Shown here piece by piece: positions 22,221 to 33,140 of a stretch of DNA of 64,000 nucleotides. The notes under the pieces are model-generated. The model searched no databases. It saw only the letters and a program-made list of their open reading frames with translations, and was not told the origin of the DNA. Origin of the DNA: an uncultured beta proteobacterium (GTDB lineage Bacteria > Pseudomonadota > Gammaproteobacteria > Burkholderiales > Casimicrobiaceae); contig CAVTHT010000007.1 in the NCBI GenBank assembly GCA_963734575.1, forward strand, positions 288,549 to 352,548, read 5' to 3'. The number at the start of each line of letters is the position of its first letter. Within the stretch, counting starts at the first letter, position 1. The translations under genes and the position numbers were made by a program.

Positions 22221-23405
22221 TCATTCCGGCGCGACGTCCTGCCCCGCGGAGCCCGCCACGGTGCGCGTGGGACGACCCGTGACCAGCTCGAAACGGAACA
22301 GGCGGCACTCGATCGCGCCATTCCACAATGGCGTACGCGCCGAAGGGCGCAGGCCGATGAGCTTTGGCAGGCGCAGATCGCCCGTGAAGAGGCACGCGGT
22401 CCACCCGGCGAAGTGCTGCTTCAGTGCGTCGCCGAGGCGCGGATAGAACGTGGCGAGGCGCGCCTCGTCCTCGAGGCGCACGCCGTAGGGGGGATTGGCC
22501 ACGAGCACGCCGACAGGCGCCGGAGCCGGGCGTTGCAGCACGTCCGTGTGCTCGATCCCGAGCCATCCTCCGATGCCGGCCTGTGCGGCATTGAGCCCGG
22601 TCTGACGCACGGCTCCCTCGTCGCGGTCGCTCGCGAAGATCGGCGGGATCGTCGGATCGGGACGCACGCGATCGCGTGCCCGCTGGCGCAGGCGTTGCCA
22701 CGCGGGTCCGTCGAACCACGCGAGCTTCTGGAACCCGAAAGTGCGGGCGAGGCCCGGTGCACGATCGGCCGCCATCATCGCGGCCTCGATCGCGATGGTG
22801 CCGCTGCCGCACATCGGATCGAGGAATGGCGTGCCCGCGCTCCATCCGGACAGCAGGACCAGACCCGCGGCAAGATTCTCGCGCAGCGGCGCCACGTCGG
22901 CTTCGCGCCGGTAGCCGCGCTTGAACAGCGGCTCGCCCGAAGTGTCGAGATAGATCGTCGCTTCCGTCGCGGTGAGGAACACGTGCACGCGGACGTCGGG
23001 CCGCTGCTTGTCCACCGAGGGCCGCGTGCCGTGATGCGCGCGAAAGACATCGCAGACGCTGTCCTTGACCCTGAGGGTCGCGAACTCCAGGCTGCGCAGC
23101 GGCGAGCGCGTCGCCGCGGTGTCGACGCGCAGCGTGCGATCGGCGCGGAAGAGCTCCGGCCAGCGGACCTTCTGCACGAGCGCGTACAGGTCGTCCTCGC
23201 TGCGGTAGCGCCCGTGCGCGACCTGCCACAGCACCCGGCTCGCGAGGCGCGACTCGAGATTGACGGCATAGACGAGCGACAGCGGGCCCGAGAACGACAC
23301 GCCGCCGTCGACCGGCGCCACGTACTGGCACTCGAGCGCGGTGAGCTCGGCAGCGAGGGCCGCCTCGAGGCCGCGCGGGCAGGGCGCGAAGAACCGCTCG
23401 ATCAT
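22221..23405 (-). CDS. THUMP-domain class I SAM-dependent RNA methyltransferase (RlmL N-terminal-domain-like)
   Basis: THUMP and methyltransferase motifs LDPMCGSGTIAIEAA and VLVANPPYGVRL in an intact 394-aa ORF. Confidence 0.8.
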   Translation of the reverse strand: MIERFFAPCPRGLEAALAAELTALECQYVAPVDGGVSFSGPLSLVYAVNLESRLASRVLWQVAHGRYRSEDDLYALVQKVRWPELFRADRTLRVDTAATRSPLRSLEFATLRVKDSVCDVFRAHHGTRPSVDKQRPDVRVHVFLTATEATIYLDTSGEPLFKRGYRREADVAPLRENLAAGLVLLSGWSAGTPFLDPMCGSGTIAIEAAMMAADRAPGLARTFGFQKLAWFDGPAWQRLRQRARDRVRPDPTIPPIFASDRDEGAVRQTGLNAAQAGIGGWLGIEHTDVLQRPAPAPVGVLVANPPYGVRLEDEARLATFYPRLGDALKQHFAGWTACLFTGDLRLPKLIGLRPSARTPLWNGAIECRLFRFELVTGRPTRTVAGSAGQDVAPE

Positions 23406-23408
23406 CGC

Positions 23409-24199
23409 GCTACTTGAGCAGCCGCCGGCGCGTCAGCACCAGTGCCACGAAGAATCCCGCGCAGCCGTACGCCACCAGCACGAGGAGATGCAGCGCGATG
23501 TTTGCCGGTACCTGTGCCGTGAGCAAGCGGCCGGGCAAGATCGATCGCGTGCTTGAGCGGCAGGAACGCGGCGACCGCCTGCAGCGCTGCGGGAAGCTGC
23601 TCGACGGGAAAGAACACGCCCGACAGGAGCAGCATCGGGGTGAGCACGAGCGTGAAGAAGTACGTGAAGAAGTCGTACCCTGGCGCGAGTGCGGTCATGA
23701 TGAGGCCGAAGCTGCCGAACGCGAGCCCGATCAGGAAGCCGAGCGGCAGGATCCACAGCGCGTACCAGGTGTGCCCGTAGCCGAGCAGGATCAGCACGCA
23801 CAGGATCGCCGCCGTGGACATGAGCGCCTTCGTCGCGCACCAGATCCATTCCGCGACGAGCACGTCGTCGAGCGACAGCGGGGCGTTGATGATCGCGTCC
23901 CATGTGCGCTGCACGAACATGCGCGAGAACGCCGAGTACATGCCCTCGAAGCTCGCGGTGAACATGGCGCTCTGGCACACCATGCCCGTACCGATGAAGG
24001 CGATGTAGGGCATGCCGCCGACCACCGGCACGAAGGCGCCGATGCCGTAGCCGAGCGCCAGCATGTAGAGCAGCGGATCGGCGATGTTGCCGAGCACGCT
24101 CGCGATGGCGAGCTTGCGCCAGACGAGCAGGTTGCGCCTCCACACGGGCGTCCAGCGCAGCGACAGCTCCGGCGGTTTCAGCATGACGGTGGCGTTCAT
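23409..24199 (-). CDS. ABC-2 type transporter permease (NodJ/YadH-like); frame switch near 23520-23560
   Basis: MNATVMLKPPELSLRWTPVWRRNLLVWRKL and six TM segments. The true C-terminus (…AYGCAGFFVALVLTRRRLLK*) lies in another frame and ends at 23409. Confidence 0.75.
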
Positions 24200-24236
24200 G
24201 GTGCGTTCCCGGGTCGAGTGAAGGCGCGCGTGCCGC

Positions 24237-25160
24237 TCAGTAGCCGCGGCGCCGATCGATTTCGTTGCGCAGGGGCTCCCCGGCGCGCGCACGGCGGAGG
24301 TTGTCGAGGAGTTGCGCCGCCGCCACCTCCGGGCGTGGCGTGCCGGCGACATGCGGCGTGCACAGCACGCCCGGATGCCTCCAGAGCGCGCTTGACGGCG
24401 GCAGCGGCTCCTCCGGAAAGACGTCGAGCGCGGCGCCCGCGATGTGGCCCTCGTCGAGTGCCTCCAACAGCGCCGCATGGTCCAGTATCCCGCCGCGCGA
24501 CACGTCGATGACGAATGCGCCGCGCGGCAGCGCGTGCAATGCGTCGGCGTCGAGCAGCCCGCGCGTCTCGCGAGTGAGCGGCAGGGTGCACGCGAGGACG
24601 TGCACTTTCCGCAGGAGCTCGCGCAGGCCATCGGGCCCCCACGCCGCGCCGTCCGCGTCGCTCGACTTCGCGCGCCGCCATGCAGTCACGTCATAGCCCA
24701 GCGCGCGCAGTGCGCTTGCTACGGCCTGCCCATTGAGGCCGTAGCCGAGCACGCCCACGCGCTGCTGCGCCTCGGGCGCGGGCGCGAAACGCTCCCAGCG
24801 TCCCTCCAGGTGCTGCGCTTCGAGGCGCGCGAGATCGCGATGGAAACGCAGCGTCATCAGCGTGACGTATTGCGCGATGCGTTGCGCCTGCAACGGGTCC
24901 ACCGGGCGCACGACCGGAACGTCGGGCAGGTCGGGGGTCGCGAGGATCTCGTCGGCGCCGGCACCGGCGCAGGCGATGAAGCGCAGGCGCGGCAATGCAT
25001 TCGCGACGCCCGGTCGCAGGCGGAACGCGAGCAGCGCCTCGACGTCGTCGACGGCCGCGGTTGCGGGGTCCGTCTCGAACGTCTCGTGCGGCGCCAGCGT
25101 GCGCAGCGCGTCGAGCTGCTGCTGCACGAACGACGAGGTGGGGAGCACGAGGACGGACAT
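24237..25160 (-). CDS. D-isomer-specific 2-hydroxyacid dehydrogenase (glyoxylate/hydroxypyruvate reductase-like)
   Basis: NAD-binding GVLGYGLNGQAV. Catalytic region GAFVIDVSRGGILD...CTPHVAG. Confidence 0.8.
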   Translation of the reverse strand: MSVLVLPTSSFVQQQLDALRTLAPHETFETDPATAAVDDVEALLAFRLRPGVANALPRLRFIACAGAGADEILATPDLPDVPVVRPVDPLQAQRIAQYVTLMTLRFHRDLARLEAQHLEGRWERFAPAPEAQQRVGVLGYGLNGQAVASALRALGYDVTAWRRAKSSDADGAAWGPDGLRELLRKVHVLACTLPLTRETRGLLDADALHALPRGAFVIDVSRGGILDHAALLEALDEGHIAGAALDVFPEEPLPPSSALWRHPGVLCTPHVAGTPRPEVAAAQLLDNLRRARAGEPLRNEIDRRRGY

Positions 25161-25261
25161 GGCGGGTACGGCGAAACGCGCTACTGTACACGCTTGACAC
25201 CTGCCGCCGCGCTCACCTAACGTCTCGCGGTCATCCACGAAGCCTTCACCAAAGGTCGCTC

Positions 25262-26247
25262 ATGCTTCCCATGCTGTCGCGCGTCACCCGCCGGATCATG
25301 CTCGCTGCATTGCTCGCGCTGGTGGCGGGCGCCGTGCACGCGCAGGGGAGCTATCCCAACCGGCCGATCAGGATCGTCGTGCCGTATCCGGCCGGCGCTC
25401 TCACCGATCTTCTCGCGCGGGCGATCGGCGAGCGCCTGGCGGCGAACCTGAAGCAGCCCGTCGTGATCGACAACAAGCCCGGCGCCGGCACGCTCGTCGG
25501 CGCCGAGTTCGTCGCGAAGTCCCCGCCCGACGGATACACGCTGCTCATGGCAACGAGCACGACCCTCGGCATCAGCCCCGCGCTGTACAAGCCCTCGCCG
25601 GTGAACCCGGTGAAGGACTTCGCGCCGGTCTCGCCGGTCGGCACGGTTAACTTCTTCCTGATCGCGAACCCGGCCTTTCCCGCGTCCAGCGTGCGCGAGA
25701 TGATCGACGTGCTGAAGCGCGAGCCGGGCAAGTACAACTACGCCTCGGTCGGCAACGGCAGTCCGCATCATCTGTTCATGGAAGCGCTGAAAAGCGAGCA
25801 CGGGCTCGTCGTCCAGCACGTGCCGTACAAGGGAACGCAGGCCGCCCTGCCCGATCTCCTTACCGGGCAGGTGCATTTCATGTTCTGCGATGCCACGGTC
25901 GCGGTGCCGAACATCCAGGCGGGGAAGGTCAAGGCCCTCGGCACGTCGGCCGCCCGGCAGACCACGCTGATCGCCACCGTGCCGCCGGTCGCGGCCACCG
26001 TACCGGGTTTCGACTGGCAGGCATGGCAGGGCATCGTCGCGCCCGCGGGCACGCCGAAGGACGATCGTCGCGCTGCTCGCTGGCGAGCTGCAGAAGATCC
26101 AGGCGACGCCGGAATTTCGCGAGCAGCTCCTGAAGTTCGGCATGGAGCCGTTCGCGCCGCAGACGCCGGAACAGTTCGCGGCGATGATCGAGGCCGAGCA
26201 GCCGCGCTGGGCGCGCGCGATCAGGGATTCGGGCGCGAAGATCGACT
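25262..26247 (+). CDS. Bug-family (TctC-like) tripartite tricarboxylate transporter substrate-binding protein; frame switch near 26060
   Basis: Signal peptide plus NRPIRIVVPYPAGALTDLLARAIGERL...KPGAGTLVGAEFVAKSPPDGYTLLMATS. The C-terminus (...EQFAAMIEAEQPRWARAIRDSGAKID*) lies in another frame. Confidence 0.8.
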
Positions 26248-26354
26248 AGCGAAACCCGCCTCGCGGCCGCACGGGCACGCCGGCCGGGAGTGCGGTGCGG
26301 TACGGCGACCCGCGAATTTCTCGCTGCACGGCCACACCTACTTCACCGGAGTCC

Positions 26355-27347
26355 ATGTTGAGTCCCGTCATCGACGTCCACACGCATTGCCTGACCGAAG
26401 AGTGGTTCCAGCTCCTGCAGCAGCACGGCGCGCCGCGCTACAGCGTCAAGCCGGTGCTCGGCGGGCTGCGGGCAATCCACCTCGACGGTGCACCGTTCAT
26501 GACGCCGGTGCCGCCGATGTTCGACTACGACCTGCGCATCCGGACGATGAACGAAGTGGGCGTCGACATCGGCATCGTCTCGCTCACGTGCCCCAACTGC
26601 TACTGGGGCGGTCCCGAGATCAGCCTCAAGGCGGCGCGGATCATGAACGACGACATGACCGCCGCGCGCCGCGCGTATCCCGACCGCCTGCGCTGGTTCG
26701 CGTCGGTGCCGTGGGAGTATCCGGAGCTCGCGCTGCCGGAGCTCGAGCGCGCGTGCGCCGCCGGCGCGTCCGGCGTGATGGTGCTTGCCAACGTCAATGG
26801 CCGGCCCCTGACCGATCCCGCGTTCGCCACGATCTGGGAAGCGATCGATGCGCGCGGCCTGCCGGTGCTGGTGCATCCGACGGCGCCGCCGGGCGTGGCG
26901 GAGATGGACATGATGCGGTTCCAGCTCACCGCGTCCCTCGGCTTCACGTTCGATACGTCGCTCGCCGTGGCGCGCATGATCTTCGACGGCTTCTTCGATC
27001 GCTACCGGAGGCTTCGCATCATCGCCGCGCATGGCGGTGGTGCGCTCCCGTACATCGTGTCGCGCATGGACCAGTGCTTCGACAACATTCCGGCCTGCCG
27101 CGAGAAGATCGCGGTGCGGCCGTCGGAATACCTGCCCGCGATCTACGCCGACGCCGTGGTATTCGCGCCCGAGGTGCTCGATCTCTGCGTCAAGGTGTTC
27201 GGCGCCGACAACGTGATCTACGGCTCCGACTATCCGCACACGATCGGCGACATGCCAGGGTGCCTGCGGCGGGTCAACGGCCTGCCGGAGAGCGCGCGCG
27301 ACAAGGTCCGCGGGCGCAACGCCGAGCGGGTGTTCAACCTCTCGTGA
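26355..27347 (+). CDS. amidohydrolase-2 (ACMSD-like) family metal-dependent hydrolase/decarboxylase
   Basis: VIDVHTHCLTEEW ... VLVHPTAPP ... IAAHGGGALPYIVSRMD ... IYGSDYPH. Intact ORF. Confidence 0.8.
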   Translation: MLSPVIDVHTHCLTEEWFQLLQQHGAPRYSVKPVLGGLRAIHLDGAPFMTPVPPMFDYDLRIRTMNEVGVDIGIVSLTCPNCYWGGPEISLKAARIMNDDMTAARRAYPDRLRWFASVPWEYPELALPELERACAAGASGVMVLANVNGRPLTDPAFATIWEAIDARGLPVLVHPTAPPGVAEMDMMRFQLTASLGFTFDTSLAVARMIFDGFFDRYRRLRIIAAHGGGALPYIVSRMDQCFDNIPACREKIAVRPSEYLPAIYADAVVFAPEVLDLCVKVFGADNVIYGSDYPHTIGDMPGCLRRVNGLPESARDKVRGRNAERVFNLS

Positions 27348-27374
27348 TGCGGGCGTTGCGACCGCAGAGGGTCC

Positions 27375-28289
27375 CTAGTCGCGCAGCTCGCGCCCCGTCA
27401 GCTTGATGAAGAGGTCCTCGAGGTTCGCGGGCCGGTGCAGGTAGCGCACGCCGCGCACTGACGCCAGCGCGTCGAGCAGCGGCTTGGGATCGCGCGTGTA
27501 GCAGAACGCCGTCTCGCCGGCGACCTCGAGGCGCGCGGCGAGTGCGCGGCCCTGCGTCTGCGCCCAAGGGCGCGCCTCGTCGCCATAGACTTCCACCACT
27601 TCAGGCTCGACGTGCGCCTGCAGCAGCGCACGCGGCGTGTCGGACGCGATGAGCGTGCCGTGGTCGATCACCGCGAGACGCGTCGCGAGGCGCTCGGCTT
27701 CGTCCATGAAGTGCGTCGTCAGCAGGATCGTCTTGCCCTGCGAGAGCAGCTGGCGCAGGCCGTCCCAGATGAGATGCCGCGCCTGCGGATCGAGGCCGGT
27801 GGTCGGCTCGTCGAGAATCAGCAGCTCGGGATCGTTGATCAGCGCGCGCGCCAGCGTCAACCGCCGCTTCATGCCCCCCGACAGCGTGCGGATGCCGACG
27901 TCGCCCTTGCTGCCGAGGCCCGCGAACTCCAGCAGCTTCGGGATGCGCTGCGTCAGCGTCGACCGCGCGATGCCGAAGTACCGGCCGTAGATCTCCAGGT
28001 TCTCCACCACCGTGAAATCGGGGTCGAGGTTGTCCATTTGCGGCACGATGCCGACGCGCATGCGCGCCTGACGCGCTGCTTTCGGGACCGGCTGGCCGAC
28101 GAGCTCGATCTCGCCCGCATTGGGATCGATGAGGCCGAGGCAGCAGCGCAGCGTGGTCGTCTTGCCGGCGCCATTGGGGCCGAGCAGGCCGAAGCACTCG
28201 CCGCGATGGATGGCGAAATCGAGCCCGCGCACGACCTCGTTCGCGCCATACGACTTGCGCAGGCCCGTGCACGCGCAGCACGACGTCAT
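27375..28289 (-). CDS. ABC transporter ATP-binding protein (NodI/YadG-like)
   Basis: Walker [10 protein letters not shown], signature [15 protein letters not shown], Walker [13 protein letters not shown]. Intact. Confidence 0.85.
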   Translation of the reverse strand: MTSCCACTGLRKSYGANEVVRGLDFAIHRGECFGLLGPNGAGKTTTLRCCLGLIDPNAGEIELVGQPVPKAARQARMRVGIVPQMDNLDPDFTVVENLEIYGRYFGIARSTLTQRIPKLLEFAGLGSKGDVGIRTLSGGMKRRLTLARALINDPELLILDEPTTGLDPQARHLIWDGLRQLLSQGKTILLTTHFMDEAERLATRLAVIDHGTLIASDTPRALLQAHVEPEVVEVYGDEARPWAQTQGRALAARLEVAGETAFCYTRDPKPLLDALASVRGVRYLHRPANLEDLFIKLTGRELRD

Positions 28290-28376
28290 CGTCGCGCGGC
28301 GACGTGCTGCGGCAGGCGTTGCGCGACCGGCGCGGCGGGCGCGTCGCGCGGCGGCGTGGTCAGCACGGGCGGCGCC

Positions 28377-29014
28377 TCACGCACCGGGAGCGACGGCCGG
28401 GCGCGTATGCCACATGCCGGTGATCACGCGCTGCAGCTGGGGCAGCCGGCCGTGGAAGAAGTGGCCGCAGCCCGGGAACACGATCACGGGCAGCTGTTGC
28501 GGCCGCGCCCAGGCGAAGACGTCGGCGAGTGCGACGACGTCGTCCTCCTCGCCGTGGATGACCACTGTGTCGGCGGGCACGGTCTCGAGCTCGAAGCGCT
28601 TCACCGCGGGCCCGACGAGCACGAGCCGCTCGGCCTGCACCTGCTTCGCGACCCGCGTCTGCACGTACGAGCCGAAGGAAAAGCCGGCGAGCACCACACG
28701 CGAGGCGCCGGAACCGGCAAACCGCTCGCGGGCGTAGGCGAGCGCCGCGAGCATGTCGTCCGTCTCGCCGCGACCCTCGTCGAAGTCGCCTTCGGAATCG
28801 CCGACCCCACGGAAGTTCGGGCGCACGCTGGCGTACCCGAGCGCGAGGAACGTGCGCGCGAGCGTCTGCGCGACCTTGTTGTCGAGGGTTCCGCCCTGCT
28901 GCGGATGCGGATGCGCCACCATCGCGATGCCGCACGGCGCGTGCGTGGGCGCGTTGATGACGATCTCGAGCCTGCCCGCCGGCCCGGGAATCGCGAGCCG
29001 CTCGCCGCTCCTGG
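28377..29014 (-). CDS. alpha/beta hydrolase fold protein
   Basis: HPHPQQGGTLDNKVAQTLARTFLALGYASVRPNFRGVGDSEGDFDEGRGETDDMLAALAYARE...LAGFSFGSYV...HGEEDDVV. Confidence 0.6.
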
Positions 29015-29017
29015 GCG

Positions 29018-29327
29018 TCAAATGCGCAGCCTCTCGACGATCTCGCCGCCGACGACGTGGCGATCGATGATCTCGTCGATGTCGCTGCGATCGACGTAGG
29101 TGTACCAGACCGCTTCCGGGTACACGACGAGCACGGGGCCTTCCTCGCAGCGGTCGAGGCACCCGGCGCGGTTCATCCGCACCTTGCCCTTGCCCGACGA
29201 GGCCGAGCGCCTTGATGCGGCCCTTCGCGTACTGGTGCAGCTCGTCGGCGCCATGGTTCGCGCAGCACGCCTCCGGCGCCTCGCGCCGGTTGCAGCAGAA
29301 GAAGACGTGACGCTGGTAGTAGCTCAT
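29018..29327 (-). CDS. thioredoxin-like [2Fe-2S] ferredoxin family protein; one frame switch
   Basis: MSYYQRHVFFCCNRREAPEACCANHGADELHQYAKGRIKALGL, continuing in another frame as GKGKVRMNRAGCLDRCEEGPVLVVYPEAVWYTYVD...IVERLRI*. Confidence 0.6.
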
Positions 29328-29403
29328 GACGGGGCGGAGTGGCGGACGCGCTCCGCCGGAAGGGGATCGCCAGGCGAGCGGCTGACGAACGTTGGATTAT
29401 ATC

Positions 29404-30535
29404 GGAGCGGCTGCGTTCACCGCGGCTCGCCCCAGCCGGGCCGTCCCGCGAGCGTGAACAGGAACGCGCTCGCCGCCACCGGCCAGAGCAGCAGCACGGT
29501 GTGGGTGAGGCCGTTGAAGTTGAGCAGGTGGCCGTAGGACCAGTTGAAGAGCGCGAGCGGCGCGCGCGTGAAGATGAGCTCCGGCGCGAGCAGGGTGGCG
29601 AGCAGCGACGACAGCAGCGCGATCGTGGCGATCGCCACCTGCGCCGGGCGCGGCAGCCAGATGGCGAGCATCAGGACGAGCGTGCCCGACCGCGACGCCG
29701 GTGGACACGCCGGGACGCAGCCACCGCTCGAGCACGATCGGGTGAGGAGCAGCGCCGCGGCCATCGCCTTCGTCATCACGGCCGGCGCGAGCAGCATCAG
29801 CACCGCGCCGCCGATCAGCGTCGCTCGCGCAGCAGCAGCGCGAGGAAGAGCCCGACACCCGAGCAGCTGGAACGCGCTGTGGGCGGCCTCGACGAGCGCG
29901 GTCGCGAGATCCGCGGTCATGCCCGACGTGGTTCACGCCCGGCAGCGCGGGCAGCTCGGTCGCGGGATCGAACATGGTCGCGAACAGCGGGATGCCGGGA
30001 TTGACCTGCACGACGAGCCGACGACCAGGATGAGCGCCAGTCCGACGTCGCCGGACTTGCCGCCGAGGAACCAGCGATGGCGCGCGCCGGAGATCGCGGC
30101 GCGCATCCGTGCCGAGTACGCGAACATGATGCCGAACGCCCCGCCGAACGCCGCGCCGACGCTGTTGCTCAGGAGGTCGATCACGTTGGCGTCGCGCGGC
30201 GGAAGCAGCATCTGCAGGCTCTCCATCGCGAACGACAGCGCGGCGCCGGCGGCGAGGGCGGCGGCGAACCGACCCCATGGATCCAGTCGTCGCGGCACGA
30301 GGGCGACGACCAGAAAACCGAGCGGCAGGTAGGCGAGGACGTTGGCCAGCACGTCGAAGCGCGTATAGCGCGCGCTCGCCCCGGTGAACAGGAAGAAGTG
30401 CGTGCCGGGCGGCACGGCGATCCAGGGTGGAAGGGCTGCAGGCTCGCATACACGATGCGCGAGCCCGTAGATCACCGCGAGGGCGTGCGGCAGCACGACT
30501 GCGGTGCGGGCTCGGCATGATCGCGGCGACTCGAC
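29404..30535 (-). CDS. VanZ-family membrane protein; multiple frame switches
   Basis: FDVLANVLAYLPLGFLVVALV...DANVIDLLSNSVGAAFGGAFGIMF, plus a C-terminal membrane extension (WLPRPAQVAIATIALLSSLLATLLAPELIF). Confidence 0.55.
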
Positions 30536-30542
30536 GGTCGAC

Positions 30543-31166
30543 CTACGCGGCGCTGCGCAGGGCGCCGTCGCCATGACGGTGATGTCGGGCGTCGTGTCGA
30601 CCGCGACGAAGCCGGCCTCGCGGAAGAGCGTTTCCGGGCCGTGGTAGTGCGCGGTCGGCGCCGCGTTGCCTTCGCTCCGGAACGGGAACGCATACACCGC
30701 GCGCACGCCGCGAGACGGCGAGCGAATCGAGTGCGCCGGCGAGCAGACGCGCGCGCCACGCCGCGCCGCCGCCACGGAGGTGCGATGACGAAGCACACGA
30801 TGGCGGCGCGCTCCGCGAGCGGCAGATCCGGCATGCCGGCGGCGCGCACCTCCATGCCGTGCCCCAGCAATGCGGCAGCTTGTGCAGCGGCTGCGCGTTG
30901 ACCCAGCCCGACGACATCGTCGCCGGCATAGGCGAGATAGCCCTCCATCTCGCCCACTTCGATCCGTGACGCCATGGCGACGCGGTTGGCGGCGACCGTC
31001 GAACGCGGCCCAGTCCATCGTGTGCGGGCACGTGATAGAAGTGGCAGTAGCACTTCGCCCACTTCGGATTGTCGGCGAATGCGGCGCCGCGCTCGTGATC
31101 GAAGAAGCGCAGGTAGTCGTCACGGCGGGCCGGGGTGAGCGGCTCGATGCGAAGGTCGTTCTCGGT
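30543..31166 (-). CDS. GNAT-family N-acetyltransferase; frame switches
   Basis: MTENDLRIEPLTPARRDDYLRFFDHERGAAFADNPKWAKCYCHFYHVP, then in another frame EGYLAYAGDDVVGL...VIAPPWRRRGVARALLAGALD (acetyl-CoA-binding motif). Confidence 0.6.
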   Translation of the reverse strand, partial: TENDLRIEPLTPARRDDYLRFFDHERGAAFADNPKWAKCYCHFYHVPAHDGLGRVRRSPPTASPWRHGSKWARWRAISPMPATMSSGWVNAQPLHKLPHCWGTAWRCAPPACRICRSRSAPPSCASSSHLRGGGAAWRARLLAGALDSLAVSRRARGVCVPVPERRQRGADRALPRPGNALPRGRLRRGRHDARHHRHGDGALRSAA

Positions 31167-31291
31167 CATGCGCATCATGATCGCACGGCGTGCGTGCGAT
31201 CGCGGACGAGCGGCCGTTCCAGGCACGTCGACGGGAGCGCAGGCGGGCTCGCTGGGCGCGTCACCTCGGCACCAGCGCGCGCGGCGGCCGC

Positions 31292-32358
31292 GTCGTCAGC
31301 GGCCGGCCTTGATCTCCGTCCACAGCCGGCTGCGCAGGCGTCGCTGCGCCGTGGTGAGGTCCTTCAGCTGCTCGAGCTTCGCCTGCACTTCCTTCGGCGG
31401 GAAGATCGCCGGGTACTTGAGGAGCTCGGGCTTGATGTACTTCCGCGCGTCGAGGTTCGGATTGCCGGAGCCGATCAGGTTCGTGAGCTCGGCCGAATTG
31501 CGTTCCGTCGAGCATGAAATCGATGAACTGGAGCGCGAGGTCGGGGCGCGGTGCGCTCTTGTGGATCACCATGTTGTCGACCGCGAGCACGGCGCCTTCC
31601 TTGGGCAAGCCCTGCAGGATGTGGAACTTGCGGCCCGCGGCCTGCGCGTCGAGGTTCGCCTGGAAGATGTCGTTCGAATAGCCGTGCACGAGCCAGATGT
31701 TGCCGACGGTCAGCTCCTTGATGTACGACGAGGCGTTGAACGCGGCCCAGTACGGCTTCGCCTTCTTGATGAGGTCCGCGGCCTCGCGCCAGTGCTTCTC
31801 GTCGACGTCGTTGGCGGAGTAGCCGAGGTACTTGAGCGCCGCGGCGAAGAGCTCGTTGGCGCTGTCGAGCACCGTGACGCGTCCCTTCACCTTCTCGAGA
31901 TACTTCGGATCGAAGATGACGGCCCAGGTGTCGGTCGGAAGGCCCAGCTCCTTCATCTTCTCGTCGTTGTAGCCGATGATCGTCGTCGACATCGCATACG
32001 GCACCGAGTACTGGTTGCCGGGGTCGAACGGCGTGTTGAGATAGGCCGGATCGACGTTCTTCACGTTCGGCAGCTTGCCCTTGTCGAGCGGCTGCAGCTG
32101 ACCGCCGCGGATCAGCGCCTGCACCGCGTTGGATGTCGGGACGAGGACGTCGTAGCCCTTCGCGCCCGCCGCGAGCTTGGCGAGCAGCTCCTCGTTGTCG
32201 GAGTAGTACGTCTGCACCACCTCGCACTTGCAGAGCGCCTCGAAGCGCTTCACGGTCTCGGGGGCGATGTAGTTGTTCCAGTTGTAGAGGTGCAGCTGGT
32301 CGGCCGCGATGGCGGGCATGGCCGCGAGCGCGGCGAGCAGGGCGAGGATGCGGATCAT
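31292..32358 (-). CDS. potD: polyamine (spermidine/putrescine) ABC transporter periplasmic binding protein; frame switch near the 3' end
   Basis: RBS AGGAGG plus ATG. MIRILALLAALAAMPAIAADQLHLYNWNNYIAPETVKRFEALCKCEVVQTYYSDNEELLAKL... Confidence 0.8.
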
Positions 32359-33140
32359 GGGGATACCTCCTGTTCGGCACGGAGCAGGCTGGGCGAGATT
32401 TTGGATGCGATGACGATCAGCAGCAACGTCAGCAGCATCAGCAGCGTTGACACCGCGTTCACCTCCGGCGTGACGGCGATCTTGATCATCGAATAGATCT
32501 GCAGCGGCAGCGTGACGGTGCCCGCCCCTGCCGTGAAGAACGTGATCACGAAGTCGTCGATGGACAGCGTGAAGGCCATCAGCGCCCCGGCAACCACGCC
32601 CGGCATGATGAGCGGCAGGGTCACGTGGCGAAACGCCTGCCAGGCGGTCGCACCGCAATCGCGCGCGGCCTCCACGAGGCTTTCGTCCATCCCTGCGAGG
32701 CGGGCCCGGACCACGATCGCGACGAAGCCGATGCAGAAGGCGATGTGCGCGAGCGCAACGGACGCGAGGCCGAGCGTGAAGTTCAGCAGGACGAAGAAGA
32801 TCAGCAGCGACACGCCCACGAGGATCTCGGGAATCGCGATCGGAGTCAGCACCAGCACGGGCAGCAGCCGCGTCCGGTAGCGGTACATCGCGACGCCGGC
32901 CATCGTGCCGAGCACGGTGGAAACGAGGCTTGCGACGAGCCCGATCAGGAGCGAGTTGGCCGCCGCGGTGAGCATCGCCTCGTCGGCGAAGAGCTGCCGG
33001 TACCACGTCAGCGTGAATCCCACCCACTCGGCATTCAGGCGCGAGTCGTTGAACGAGTACACCATCACGATGACGAGCGGCAGGTACAGGAACGCGTAGC
33101 CCAGCAGCGCCGCCGCCCACAGCCAGTAGCGATGCCTACG
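32355..33140 (-). CDS. potC: polyamine ABC transporter permease
   Basis: YWLWAAALLGYAFLYLPLVIVMVYSFNDSRLNAEWVGFTLTWYRQLF...EAARDCGATAWQAFRHVTLPLIMPGV. Its stop overlaps the potD ATG (ATGA). Confidence 0.75.
   Translation of the reverse strand, partial: RRHRYWLWAAALLGYAFLYLPLVIVMVYSFNDSRLNAEWVGFTLTWYRQLFADEAMLTAAANSLLIGLVASLVSTVLGTMAGVAMYRYRTRLLPVLVLTPIAIPEILVGVSLLIFFVLLNFTLGLASVALAHIAFCIGFVAIVVRARLAGMDESLVEAARDCGATAWQAFRHVTLPLIMPGVVAGALMAFTLSIDDFVITFFTAGAGTVTLPLQIYSMIKIAVTPEVNAVSTLLMLLTLLLIVIASKISPSLLRAEQEVSP

Noticed and set aside
21973-23331. 452-aa reverse ORF overlapping the THUMP methyltransferase in another frame
   Set aside because: Low-complexity except for its last ~70 codons, which I annotate as the DUF3460-like small protein. 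The methyltransferase frame carries the real motifs.
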